Shown here: positions 16,668 through 24,727 of the stretch, in pieces
How positions within the stretch are numbered: position 1 is the first letter of the stretch
How the letters are laid out: every line of letters begins with the position of its first letter
Source: Geotalea uraniireducens Rf4
GTDB taxonomy: Bacteria; Desulfobacterota; Desulfuromonadia; Geobacterales; Geobacteraceae
NCBI RefSeq assembly: GCF_000016745.1
Contig: NC_009483.1
Coordinates: 2,940,001 to 2,972,000 of the forward strand
Length of the DNA stretch: 32,000 bases
Reading direction: 5' to 3'
Notes under the pieces: generated by a model
What the model saw: the letters and a program-made list of their open reading frames with translations, nothing else
Told to the model about the DNA's origin: nothing
Database searches by the model: none
Program-made: the position numbers and the translations under genes

Positions 16668-16782
16668 AGTAACCTTTTTAAAAATTCTATTTAAATTAGC
16701 ACATTTACACTACTTTTTGTTGCAATCCGCCGCAGCATGTTGCAGCAAAACATCTGGCAAAAAGGTTACTAAAAAGGTTACT
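16668..16782. repeat. Three copies of a 12-mer AAAAAGGTTACT: two abutting direct copies plus one inverted copy
   Basis: AGTAACCTTTTT lies at 16668-16679. AAAAAGGTTACT lies at 16759-16770 and 16771-16782. CATGTTGCA is also repeated, near 16649 and 16737. Confidence 0.85.
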
Positions 16783-17217
16783 CGACAGGGAAGAATATGT
16801 AACAAATCTTATACCTAGAGTCAAGATAATTACGTGAAAGCTATCCAGCCCGATACATTTGCAAAGGAGATATAGCCACTCTCCAAAAAACAGTTAGTAG
16901 ATATCTCAGGCAGGAACTCTATATTCACGCGAGACCATGATGTGCAAGATCTAGCTTGGAGCGTTTAATCTTCTGCTATAGAGTGAAAGCGACATAACGT
17001 GACGCGACTATCGAGTATCTTCACGGCATCACCAAGGAGGTCGGCGTCCGAAGTGCACCAGCAAGGAGCACTGTCGATGCTGGCGAGGAAACGTAAATAT
17101 CTATTATTCTTGAGCTCTGGAAATAGTCCGAAACGGCTGATGATCTCAAGGAGATTGTTTATCGCCATGATGATTACCAGTTGCTCTCGTGAAACCGCGC
17201 GGCAGGCTCCAGCGCAG

Positions 17218-18282
17218 TCAGGTGTTCGGAAAATGCTGACAGGTCGGCTGCGTCATTTCGACCAGCCACCGGATTTCTTCAACCACTCGCAACGCATGCT
17301 CCCTGTGGGTTACCAGCGTCACATGGTCGGCTCCTTTGATGACGAGATGCCTGCCGCGGGAGGATAGCCGTGCCAGATCCGCTTGCAGCTCGAGCGCCCC
17401 TGGCCTCGCCCCCTCCCCTGCGCTCAGTACGGTGAGGGGCTTTTCCCCCAGGCTCCTGGTTGTGCGCACTTGCGAACAGAGAGCATTCCAGTTCGACGCC
17501 TCCTCGTTCGTGACTTTCAGGTGTTCGTACGAGCAGAGGAACGAGCGCGCCTCATCGCACTGCAACGGCGGCAAACCATCGGCCTGCTCCTGGAAGAAAT
17601 TGCTGATTCGGACGTAGCCGATCCTGGCCAGGAGCGGAACGGTCCTGAGCATGCGAAAGCCTGCATTCATATGGCTGCGTATGGCCTGGCTGCGCTGACG
17701 CTGATCGGGGTGCGAGGCATCGATCAGTACGACGCCGGACACCTCGTCAGGATACAGATCGTTAAAGAGGCGTACCAAAAGCCCCCCCATGGAATGGCCT
17801 ACCAGCACATAGGGGCCCTCGATACCGGCTGAGTGCAGCATTCCGTGCAGCCTGCGCACGTTTCCCGTTGCGGACACGGGTCCAGAGTCCGCCTCGCTCC
17901 AGCCAAGCCCCGCCCGGTCGTAGGAAACGACCCTTGCAAATTTGGCCACTTCAGGCTGAATCCATCCCCACGCGGAACTCATCCCCCCGAGACCGGTCTC
18001 AAGCACGACCGTAGGGCTCCCTTTTCCGCATCGTTTGCCGCTTGCCAGCATATGCAGCCTGAGCCCGTCTATCGATACAAGCTTCCCGGGAGGAGGTAAC
18101 CTGTACCGGTCCCAAACGGATGAGGCGCTCTGGTAAAGGACTCCCGCAGACACGGTTGCAAGAAGCATCAAAGCCAGCACTACGCTGATCCGTCTCAGGC
18201 AGCGCACCACTCCAGAACGCCTCCGTTCGGGATTCATGCCGTCGCAGGCATCAGGGTTTCCGCAGTCGAGCGAATTTCCCAT
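17218..18282 (-). CDS. Membrane-anchored alpha/beta-fold hydrolase
   Basis: Nucleophile elbow GHSMGG, an N-terminal TM segment (ISVVLALMLLATVSAGVL) and a C-terminal GADH motif. The start is placed at the ATG at 18282, preceded by GGAGAC. The track ORF begins at a TTG at 18312. Confidence 0.8.
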   Translation of the reverse strand: MGNSLDCGNPDACDGMNPERRRSGVVRCLRRISVVLALMLLATVSAGVLYQSASSVWDRYRLPPPGKLVSIDGLRLHMLASGKRCGKGSPTVVLETGLGGMSSAWGWIQPEVAKFARVVSYDRAGLGWSEADSGPVSATGNVRRLHGMLHSAGIEGPYVLVGHSMGGLLVRLFNDLYPDEVSGVVLIDASHPDQRQRSQAIRSHMNAGFRMLRTVPLLARIGYVRISNFFQEQADGLPPLQCDEARSFLCSYEHLKVTNEEASNWNALCSQVRTTRSLGEKPLTVLSAGEGARPGALELQADLARLSSRGRHLVIKGADHVTLVTHREHALRVVEEIRWLVEMTQPTCQHFPNT

Positions 18283-18550
18283 GGTTGTCTCCGATGCGTG
18301 AGCGCGTCGCAAAACAGCCCGATTTCAGCGCCACGCAAGATTATCATGTCATAATGATAACCCATTAAACCAGAGGTTCTCGGAATTGCAAGCGGGGAGA
18401 CGCTCAAGGATGCGCCTAAGGGATGAGTCTTTAGGACTTAGGGACGGTTGCACAGATGGCTGCAAAGGCTACGAATTTTTACGCTGATCCGCCCGCAGGA
18501 GAACATTTCGGAGCCCCGGGACGTCGTATGACGGGATCCGTGCGCTATTC

Positions 18551-18893
18551 TTACCTGCCTGATCCATAGAACACGGTACGCGCCATTTCCCTGGCGGACG
18601 TCTGATAACTGTCCAGAGGGTGCGTCTTGCAGTAACGCTCCAAAAGCAGCGTTCCCGTTTCGCCGTTGGCGATTTCGAGTTTGGGTACATTGTTGATCTT
18701 CCTGTCATAAGTTGCCAGACCGGTAAGATATCCGCTCAGCCAGAGCTCAAATGTCATGGTTTTTCTTTCCGACCGTGCCTTGAGGTACGCAGCGCAGCTG
18801 GCATTGCCCGCCATATTCGTATGGACGACGCCGTCGCAATGGGCAACATCACAAAGGCATACCGACATCATGAGACAGCACACAGCAGTTTTG
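18551..18893 (-). pseudogene. Small Cys-containing exported protein gene, separated from its first five codons and promoter by the IS256-family insertion
   Basis: Removing 18894-20226 (the IS plus one target-duplication copy) restores ATG ATG TTC ATC AAA ACT GCT..., i.e. MMFIKTAVCCLMMSVCLC..., preceded by GGAGAG. The 5' fragment lies at 20219-20237 on the minus strand. Confidence 0.7.
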
Positions 18894-20218
18894 GGGCCTG
18901 TCAATAGTTTTGTGTAAATGGTTTTGGTTCCCTGTTTTTAATAGCTTGGCATTCTGTCTTCAAAAAGAATGGAAAAGCGGTTCATGGCAGCTTTCCAGTC
19001 TCTGATCGGCAGGGTCCATTTCTTCGCGATGTTTCTCAGCGCCAGGTATAGTAACTTGAACATTGCCTCATCATTGGGAAACGAGCCCCGGTTTTTGGTC
19101 ACCTTTCTGAGTGACATATTCAGTGATTCAATGGCATTGGTTGTGTAAATAACCTTTCGTATATCAGCTGGATAGGCAAAAAATGGTATAACTTGCGCCC
19201 AGTTCCGGCGCCAGGACTGGCTGATCGTCGGGTGTGTTTTGTCCCATTTTGCCTCAAATGCTGTCAGTTCCATTTCGGCCTGCTCAGCGGTCGCTGACTG
19301 GTAGATAACCTTCAAATCTGTCGCAACTTCTTTGCGTTGTTTCCACGAAACGAACTTCAAGGAATTGCGTACCATATGGACGATGCAAAGTTGGACTTGA
19401 GTGTTGGGATAAACTATTTCTATGGCCTCAGGGAACCCCTTCAGGCCGTCAACGCAGGCAATGAAGATGTCTTGGACACCACGGTTCTTAAGTTCGGTCA
19501 CAACCTGCAACCAGAACTTGGCTCCTTCGTTTTCGGAGACCCACATTCCCAGAACTTCCTTGGCACCGTCTATGTTGATGCCGATGGCCAGATAGACAGC
19601 CTTGTTCACAACATGGCCATTGCCTCTGGCTTTGACCCTGATGGCATCCATGTAAACGATGGGATAAAGCGCATCCAACGGGCGGTTCTGCCAAGCTTTG
19701 ACCTCTTCAGCTACTGCTTCAGTCACTATTGAAATCAGAGCGGGGGATACTTCAACACCGTAGATTTCCTCCAAGTGTCCCTGGATCTCACGAGTGGTAA
19801 GCCCGCGGGAGTACAGGGAGATAATCTTATCATCGAACTCGGCGAACCGGGTTTGGCCTTTGGGAATGATGACTGGTTCAAAGCTGCTATCCCGGTCACG
19901 AGGGACCTCAATCGGCATGGTGCCAAAATCGCCTTTGATGGTCTTTGCCGACGAGCCATTGCGTGCATTGCCACCTTTGGCGGAAACGGAAGCATGCTTC
20001 TCGTGGCCGAGGTGCAGTGTCATTTCAGCCTGGAGCGCCCGCTGAAGAACAGCCTTGGTCAACTGCTTCAGCAGCCCGTTTTCCCCTAGAATCTCTTCGG
20101 GGGTCTTATAATGTTTGAGTAGATCGTCGATTACGTCGGTGTTAATAGTCATGTGATCTCCTTAGGGTAACTTGGTGTACCCCCTAATGACCATTTACAC
20201 AAACCTTTTTACACCCTC
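18894..20218 (-). mobile_element. IS256-family insertion sequence (1325 bp) with an 8-bp target site duplication CAGTTTTG
   Basis: Perfect direct repeat CAGTTTTG at 18886-18893 and 20219-20226. The imperfect terminal inverted repeats match at 23 of 29 positions and contain TTTGTGTAAATGGT. A single Mutator-type transposase gene lies inside. Confidence 0.9.
18938..20152 (-). CDS. IS256-family (Mutator-type) transposase, 404 aa
   Basis: Full-length ORF with the typical IS256-family N-terminus (LLKQLTKAVLQRALQAEMTLHLG) and DDE core (YPIVYMDAIRV ... FIACVDGLKGFPEAI ... TTNAIESLN). Confidence 0.95.
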   Translation of the reverse strand: MTINTDVIDDLLKHYKTPEEILGENGLLKQLTKAVLQRALQAEMTLHLGHEKHASVSAKGGNARNGSSAKTIKGDFGTMPIEVPRDRDSSFEPVIIPKGQTRFAEFDDKIISLYSRGLTTREIQGHLEEIYGVEVSPALISIVTEAVAEEVKAWQNRPLDALYPIVYMDAIRVKARGNGHVVNKAVYLAIGINIDGAKEVLGMWVSENEGAKFWLQVVTELKNRGVQDIFIACVDGLKGFPEAIEIVYPNTQVQLCIVHMVRNSLKFVSWKQRKEVATDLKVIYQSATAEQAEMELTAFEAKWDKTHPTISQSWRRNWAQVIPFFAYPADIRKVIYTTNAIESLNMSLRKVTKNRGSFPNDEAMFKLLYLALRNIAKKWTLPIRDWKAAMNRFSILFEDRMPSY

Positions 20219-20596
20219 CAGTTTTGATGAACATCATCTCTCCAGGTAGATGCAGAGGAGGGCGGATCTGCTTGAGCAAAGGTTCGACCCGTAGACAAAA
20301 TATGGTTTCTTCCCACCCCTCACCGCATAGGGCTATATTGAACTGCGTGACTCGCCTCTTTCTGCTGATCGAAAGAGGCGGGCAATGAGGCTTATTCTAG
20401 CACAGCCGAAAGGGACACATTGTAACAATCAAATTACTTTTGCACTCATCTCGGCAAGCTTCTGTCTTGGTCTTTTCATGAAACATTCAGCAACCGTTGT
20501 CGTTCCGTAACGCTCACAGGTTAGAATGACGCAAACTGCTGGAAAGAATCTATGATACCGCCTGAATGCCAGCGCAAACAAACCAATATTACGTCG

Positions 20597-20653
20597 CTTT
20601 TACAGGGCTGTAACACAACTGCCACCTTTCTCCTGTAACATTTTTTCTGTAGC
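20597..20653 (+). promoter_or_regulatory. Candidate Pho boxes upstream of phoB
   Basis: Heptamers CTTTTAC (20597), CTGTAAC (20608) and CTGCCAC (20619) are phased at 11 bp. CTGTAAC (20633) and CTGTAGC (20647) follow at 14-bp spacing. The same CTGTAAC core occurs upstream of pstS. Confidence 0.4.
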
Positions 20654-20682
20654 ATCAAGAAAACCGTGAAAAGAGGGCACTA

Positions 20683-21360
20683 ATGAAGACCATACTCGTG
20701 ATCGAAGACGAAAAGGACCTGGCGGAACTGATAGCCTTCAACCTGGAAAAGGAAGGATACCGGCCGCTCATCGCCCTTGATGGGATTTCCGGCCTGGAAG
20801 CCGTGCGCAGCAATCCTCCCGACCTCATTCTCCTGGATCTGATGCTCCCCGGCTTATTAGGAACCGAGATCTGCAAACTCCTGAAGAAGAATGAAAAAAC
20901 CGCCGCCATTCCGATCATCATGCTAACAGCCAAGGGTGAGGAGATAGACCGGGTCGTCGGTTTTGAAGTGGGCGCGGACGATTACATGGTGAAACCTTTC
21001 TCCACCCGGGAGCTGCTGCTGCGGGTCAAGGCGGTGCTGCGCCGCACCATGCCGGAAAAAACAGCAGAAAAGCGCATCACCATCGGCCTCGTCACCATCG
21101 ACACCGAACGCCACCTGGTCAACGTTGCCGGTGAAGAGATTATCCTCACGACCACCGAATTCAAGCTGCTCCTTAACCTGGCCGAACGCCTGGGGCGTGT
21201 GCAGAGCCGTGACATCCTGCTGCAAAACGTCTGGGGATACAATTACGTGGGGGACAGCCGGACGGTGGATACCCATGTGACAAGGCTCAGGACCAAACTC
21301 GGCGAGGCGGGAGAAATGATCAAGACCGTGCGCGGTTTCGGCTACAAGATGGAGGAATAA
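20683..21360 (+). CDS. phoB: OmpR/PhoB-family phosphate regulon response regulator
   Basis: Receiver domain (ILVIEDE...DLILLDLMLPG...LTAKG) plus a winged-helix output (TVDTHVTRLRTKLG...IKTVRGFGY). It lies directly upstream of the pst operon. Confidence 0.8.
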   Translation: MKTILVIEDEKDLAELIAFNLEKEGYRPLIALDGISGLEAVRSNPPDLILLDLMLPGLLGTEICKLLKKNEKTAAIPIIMLTAKGEEIDRVVGFEVGADDYMVKPFSTRELLLRVKAVLRRTMPEKTAEKRITIGLVTIDTERHLVNVAGEEIILTTTEFKLLLNLAERLGRVQSRDILLQNVWGYNYVGDSRTVDTHVTRLRTKLGEAGEMIKTVRGFGYKMEE

Positions 21361-21386
21361 TAAAGGTCACCTTTCGCTGGAAACTG

Positions 21387-21671
21387 ATGGTCTCATACCT
21401 CTGCCTGGTGCTGCTCATGTGCGGCATACTTTACGGCTACCTTAATAATGCCCTTGAAAACTATCTGCTGGCCGAAATAAAGGACAATCTGACAAACGAA
21501 ACCAGGATGGCGGCGCTCATGGTGAGCAGAAAAGGCAGAGACCTGCACCGTGATGCCCAGGCAATTGCTGTAGCTATCGGCAAAGAGGTGAAGGCCAGGA
21601 AGCCGGCCATGGTCCTGAGGCTTAAGCGTATACTTTCACCGAATCTTTCCCAACCTGTAACATGGTTGTAA
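21387..21671 (+). pseudogene. Truncated N-terminal remnant of a PhoR-like sensor kinase (94 aa, one TM segment, no kinase domains)
   Basis: It occupies the position expected for phoR. Only a TM helix and the start of a sensor region are present. No H-box, N, G1 or G2 motifs occur before pstS. The ORF runs into the pstS Pho box. Confidence 0.5.
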
Positions 21672-21689
21672 CATTTAGCAGGCAATAAT
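21633..21689 (+). promoter_or_regulatory. Pho-box promoter of pstS
   Basis: CTGTAAC (21655-21661) and TTGTAAC (21666-21672) are two 7-bp direct repeats 11 bp apart. Weaker heptamers CTTTCAC (21633) and CTTTCCC (21645) precede them. AATAAT, a -10-like hexamer, lies at 21684-21689. The pstS ATG is at 21724. Confidence 0.6.
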
Positions 21690-21723
21690 AAGCCCAAAGC
21701 AAACATAAAAAAGGAGGACATAC

Positions 21724-22752
21724 ATGCTCAACATCATCCGTAAAAGCATTCTGACCCTGGCCATCCTGGCGGTAACCGCCATCTCCGGCCAGGCATCGGC
21801 AGAAACGCTCATCAACGGCGCAGGCGCAACCTTCCCCTACCCGCTCTACTCCAAGTGGTTCGCCGAATACGCCAAGGTCGATCCGACCGTCAAGTTCAAC
21901 TACCAGTCCATCGGCTCAGGCGGCGGCATCAAGCAGATCACTGCCCAGACCGTCGATTTCGGCGCTTCCGATAAATTCCTCTCCGACGCAGAACTGAAGG
22001 CTGCCCCCGGCAAGCTGCTCCACATCCCGACCGTTATGGGCGCCGTGGTCGTCACTTACAACGTTCCCGGCGTGGGTAAAGGGCTGAAGCTTTCTTCCGA
22101 AGATGTGGCTGATATCTACCTGGGGAAGATCACCAAGTGGAACGACCCGAAGATCGCCAACGACAACCCCAAGATCAAGCTTCCCAACCAGCCGATCATC
22201 GTTGTTCACCGCTCTGACGGGAGCGGCACCACGAGCATCTTCACCGACTATCTTTCCAGCGTCAGCCCGGAATGGGCAGGCAAGGTGGGCAAGGGTGCTT
22301 CCGTCAAGTGGCCTATCGGCCTCGGCGGCAAGGGTAACGAAGGGGTTGCCGGACAGGTCAAGACCACCCAGTACACCATCGGTTACGTGGAACTGGCCTA
22401 TGCCTTCGAAAACAAGCTTCCTTTCGCCACATTGAAAAACAAGAGCGGCAATTTCGTCGAGCCTTCCATCAAGTCCACCAGCGCAGCAGCTGCCGGCGCG
22501 GCCAAATCCATGCCTGCCGATTACCGCATCTCGCTGGTCAACCAGCCGGGCAAGGATGCCTACCCGATCGTCGGCTTCACCTGGCTCCTCGTCTACCAGG
22601 ACCAGAAGGACAAGGTAATAGGAAAGAAGCTGGTCGAGTTCCTCAACTGGGAATTGAAGCATGGCCAGAAGATGGCCGACAAGATCCTCTATGCGCCACT
22701 CCCTGCTAACGTGGCGAAGATGGTGGAAAAAACCGTCAAGAGCATCAAGTAA
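21724..22752 (+). CDS. pstS: Phosphate ABC transporter periplasmic phosphate-binding protein
   Basis: Signal peptide followed by the GAGATFPYPLYSKW motif. SDGSGTT and the rest of the protein are typical of PstS. The pst operon context supports the call. Confidence 0.93.
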   Translation: MLNIIRKSILTLAILAVTAISGQASAETLINGAGATFPYPLYSKWFAEYAKVDPTVKFNYQSIGSGGGIKQITAQTVDFGASDKFLSDAELKAAPGKLLHIPTVMGAVVVTYNVPGVGKGLKLSSEDVADIYLGKITKWNDPKIANDNPKIKLPNQPIIVVHRSDGSGTTSIFTDYLSSVSPEWAGKVGKGASVKWPIGLGGKGNEGVAGQVKTTQYTIGYVELAYAFENKLPFATLKNKSGNFVEPSIKSTSAAAAGAAKSMPADYRISLVNQPGKDAYPIVGFTWLLVYQDQKDKVIGKKLVEFLNWELKHGQKMADKILYAPLPANVAKMVEKTVKSIK

Positions 22753-22771
22753 CAGCTTCAAACACCAATCC

Positions 22772-22817
22772 GCCCGGGCAGGGTCCGCCACCGATTGCAC
22801 CTGCCCGGGCCTTTTTC
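22772..22817 (+). terminator. Intra-operon hairpin/attenuator after pstS
   Basis: Perfect 11-bp stem GCCCGGGCAGG / CCTGCCCGGGC (22772-22782 and 22800-22810), a 17-nt loop, then CTTTTTC. Confidence 0.6.
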
Positions 22818-22861
22818 TGCCGAAACTTTTATTACAACCGTTTCAACATTTCGTTACAAAC

Positions 22862-23836
22862 ATGTGGAGGAAGGCCGTGCCGCCCGAAGCAATCTCACAG
22901 AAGTGGAACATCAAAACCGGCCTGAACGGCGACTTCATCTTCAAGGGGATCACCGTCGTTTTCGCCTTCAGCATCCTCGCCATACTGCTTCTCATGGTCT
23001 ACGAAATGGTCGGCGAGAGCCTCCCCGCCATGAGAAAATTCGGCTGGCGGTTCATCACCAGCAGTGATTGGGATGCGGTGCAGGAGACCTTCGGCGCGCT
23101 TCCCTACCTCTGGGGCTCGGTGGTTTCATCGATCCTCGCCCTCCTTCTCGCAACGCCGCTTTCCATCGGCAGCGCCGTCTTCATCACCGAGATCGCGCCG
23201 AAAAAGTTCGGCGGCGTGATCGCCGCCCTGGTCGAGCTCCTGGCCGCCATCCCGAGCGTCATCTACGGCCTCTGGGGGGTGCTGGTCATGGCGCCATGGC
23301 TGCAGCGGACCGTCCAGCCGTTTCTCATCGATCACTTCGGCTTCCTCCCCCTCTTCAAGGGGGCACCCTACGGGGTGAGCATGCTCGCCGCGGTCTTCAT
23401 CCTGATGATCATGGTGGTGCCGATCATCACCTCCATCACCAAGGAGGTGCTTCTGGCCGTGCCCCAGAGCCAGAAAGAGGCTGCCATCGCCCTCGGCGCG
23501 ACCCGCTGGGAGATGATCCGCATGGCAGTCCTCCCCTACGGCCGCTCCGGCATCCTGGGAGCGGTGATCCTCGGCCTGGGGCGGGCCATCGGCGAGACCA
23601 TGGCGGTCACCATGGTGATCGGCAACACGCCGCAGATATCCCTGTCGCTCCTCTCCCCCGCCTACACCATGCCGAGCGTCATCGCCAACGAATTCGCCGA
23701 GGCAAGCTCGCAGCTCCACTCCGCGGCGCTCATGGAGATCGGCCTCATCCTGCTGGTGGTCACCCTCGTCATCAACGCCCTTGCCCGCTTTCTGATCTGG
23801 AGCGTGAACCGAAAACAGAGCGGAGGTGGACTATGA
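22862..23836 (+). CDS. pstC: Phosphate ABC transporter permease PstC
   Basis: Multi-TM protein with the EAA-like loop (KEAAIALGATRWEMI). The start is uncertain. The ATG at 22862 is used; the GTG at 22877, preceded by GGAGGAAGG, is an alternative. The track ORF start at 22661 overlaps pstS. Confidence 0.88.
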   Translation: MWRKAVPPEAISQKWNIKTGLNGDFIFKGITVVFAFSILAILLLMVYEMVGESLPAMRKFGWRFITSSDWDAVQETFGALPYLWGSVVSSILALLLATPLSIGSAVFITEIAPKKFGGVIAALVELLAAIPSVIYGLWGVLVMAPWLQRTVQPFLIDHFGFLPLFKGAPYGVSMLAAVFILMIMVVPIITSITKEVLLAVPQSQKEAAIALGATRWEMIRMAVLPYGRSGILGAVILGLGRAIGETMAVTMVIGNTPQISLSLLSPAYTMPSVIANEFAEASSQLHSAALMEIGLILLVVTLVINALARFLIWSVNRKQSGGGL

Positions 23837-24675
23837 TGCGGAGTGTCGCCCTGCGCAAGGCAAAAAACCTGCTGATGACGGCGCTGATGGTCGCTGCGAC
23901 CCTGTCGGTGCTGGTGCCGCTCGTCTTCATCTTCGTCCATATCGTGAAGATGGGACTTAGTTCCGTAAATCTCGACTTTTTCACCCAGATACCGAAACCG
24001 ACCGGCGAGACCGGCGGCGGCATGGCCAACGGCATGGTGGGCTCCGCGGTGATGATCGCCATGGCCTCGTTAATAGGCCTCCCCATCGGCATCTTCGGCG
24101 CCATTTACCTGGCCGAATACGGCGGCAGCCGCATCTCCACCGTCATCCGCTTTGCCGCCGACGTACTTTCCGGCATCCCCTCCATCATCACCGGCATGGT
24201 CGCCTACACCCTGCTCGTGGTGCCGATGAAGGGCTTTTCCGCCCTGGCCGGCGCAGTGGCCCTGGCGATGATCATGATCCCCATAGTGCTCCGCACCACC
24301 GAGGAACAGCTGAAGATGGTCCCCGGCACCCTGCGTGAAGCCTCGCTGGCACTGGGGGTGCCGCTCTGGCGCACGAGCCTCAAGGTCACCCTGAGGAGCG
24401 CCATGACCGGGGTCATGACCGGCATACTCCTCTCCGTCGCCCGGGTAGCGGGGGAAACCGCGCCGCTCCTCTTCACAGCTCTCGGCAACCAGTTCTGGAG
24501 CAGGAAACTCACCGAACCGATGGCGGCGATGCCGCTACAGATCTTCAACTTCGCCATCTCGCCATACGAGGACTGGCACCGCCTCGCCTGGGCAGGCGCC
24601 CTGGTCCTGGTGACGGTCATGTTCTCCTTGAGCCTGGCTGCGCGGTATTTCGGCAGAAGCAGACAAGAAGGCTGA
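23833..24675 (+). CDS. pstA: Phosphate ABC transporter permease PstA
   Basis: MMRSVALRKAKN... begins at an ATG overlapping the pstC stop (ATGA at 23833-23836). It carries TM segments and the loop REASLALGVPLWRT. The 255 codons upstream in the track ORF are a Gly/Arg/Pro-rich out-of-frame read of pstC. Confidence 0.9.
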   Translation: MMRSVALRKAKNLLMTALMVAATLSVLVPLVFIFVHIVKMGLSSVNLDFFTQIPKPTGETGGGMANGMVGSAVMIAMASLIGLPIGIFGAIYLAEYGGSRISTVIRFAADVLSGIPSIITGMVAYTLLVVPMKGFSALAGAVALAMIMIPIVLRTTEEQLKMVPGTLREASLALGVPLWRTSLKVTLRSAMTGVMTGILLSVARVAGETAPLLFTALGNQFWSRKLTEPMAAMPLQIFNFAISPYEDWHRLAWAGALVLVTVMFSLSLAARYFGRSRQEG

Positions 24676-24727
24676 CAACCTGCCACGGAGACACAGAGAC
24701 ACGGAGAAAAACGAAAAATACAACATT

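Noticed and set aside
16965-17367. Small ORFs 16965-17168 (minus) and 16999-17367 (plus) in the AT-rich stretch beside the tRNA, considered as integrase or other gene remnants
   Set aside because: They have no recognisable motifs or ribosome-binding sites, and one overlaps the hydrolase 3' end. They could be decayed fragments, but I cannot support any call.
18469-18907. ORFs 18469-18708 (minus) and 18620-18907 (plus) overlapping the IS-disrupted small gene
   Set aside because: They overlap the frame that is validated by the in-frame reconstruction across the IS256 target duplication. They have no independent support.
20353-20380. Perfect 10-bp hairpin CGCCTCTTTC-N8-GAAAGAGGCG in the spacer between the IS256 element and phoB, considered as a terminator
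   Set aside because: There is no U-run on either strand and no gene ends nearby. It may be structural or regulatory, but the evidence is insufficient for a call.
21916-22800. A 294-aa ORF antisense to pstS. Similar cases are 26070-26888 and 26288-27028 over phoU, 25126-25776 over pstB, and 23126-23719 over pstC
   Set aside because: These are shadow ORFs opposite or offset to well-recognised pst/phoU genes. They contain no recognisable motifs.
22661-22861. Upstream extension of the pstC ORF overlapping the 3' end of pstS and the pstS hairpin
   Set aside because: It overlaps a confident gene and a strong stem-loop. The PstC-like sequence begins only near 22862-22877.
22818-22861. TTACAAC / TTTCAAC / GTTACAA motifs upstream of pstC, considered as an internal Pho box
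   Set aside because: The spacing is irregular (9 and about 12 bp) and the cores differ from the CTGTAAC heptamers. This is not convincing without a scoring matrix.
23068-23832. A 255-codon N-terminal extension of the pstA ORF (Arg/Gly/Pro/His-rich)
   Set aside because: It is an alternative-frame read of pstC. The genuine pstA start is the ATG at 23833, which overlaps the pstC stop and is preceded by GGAGGTGG.
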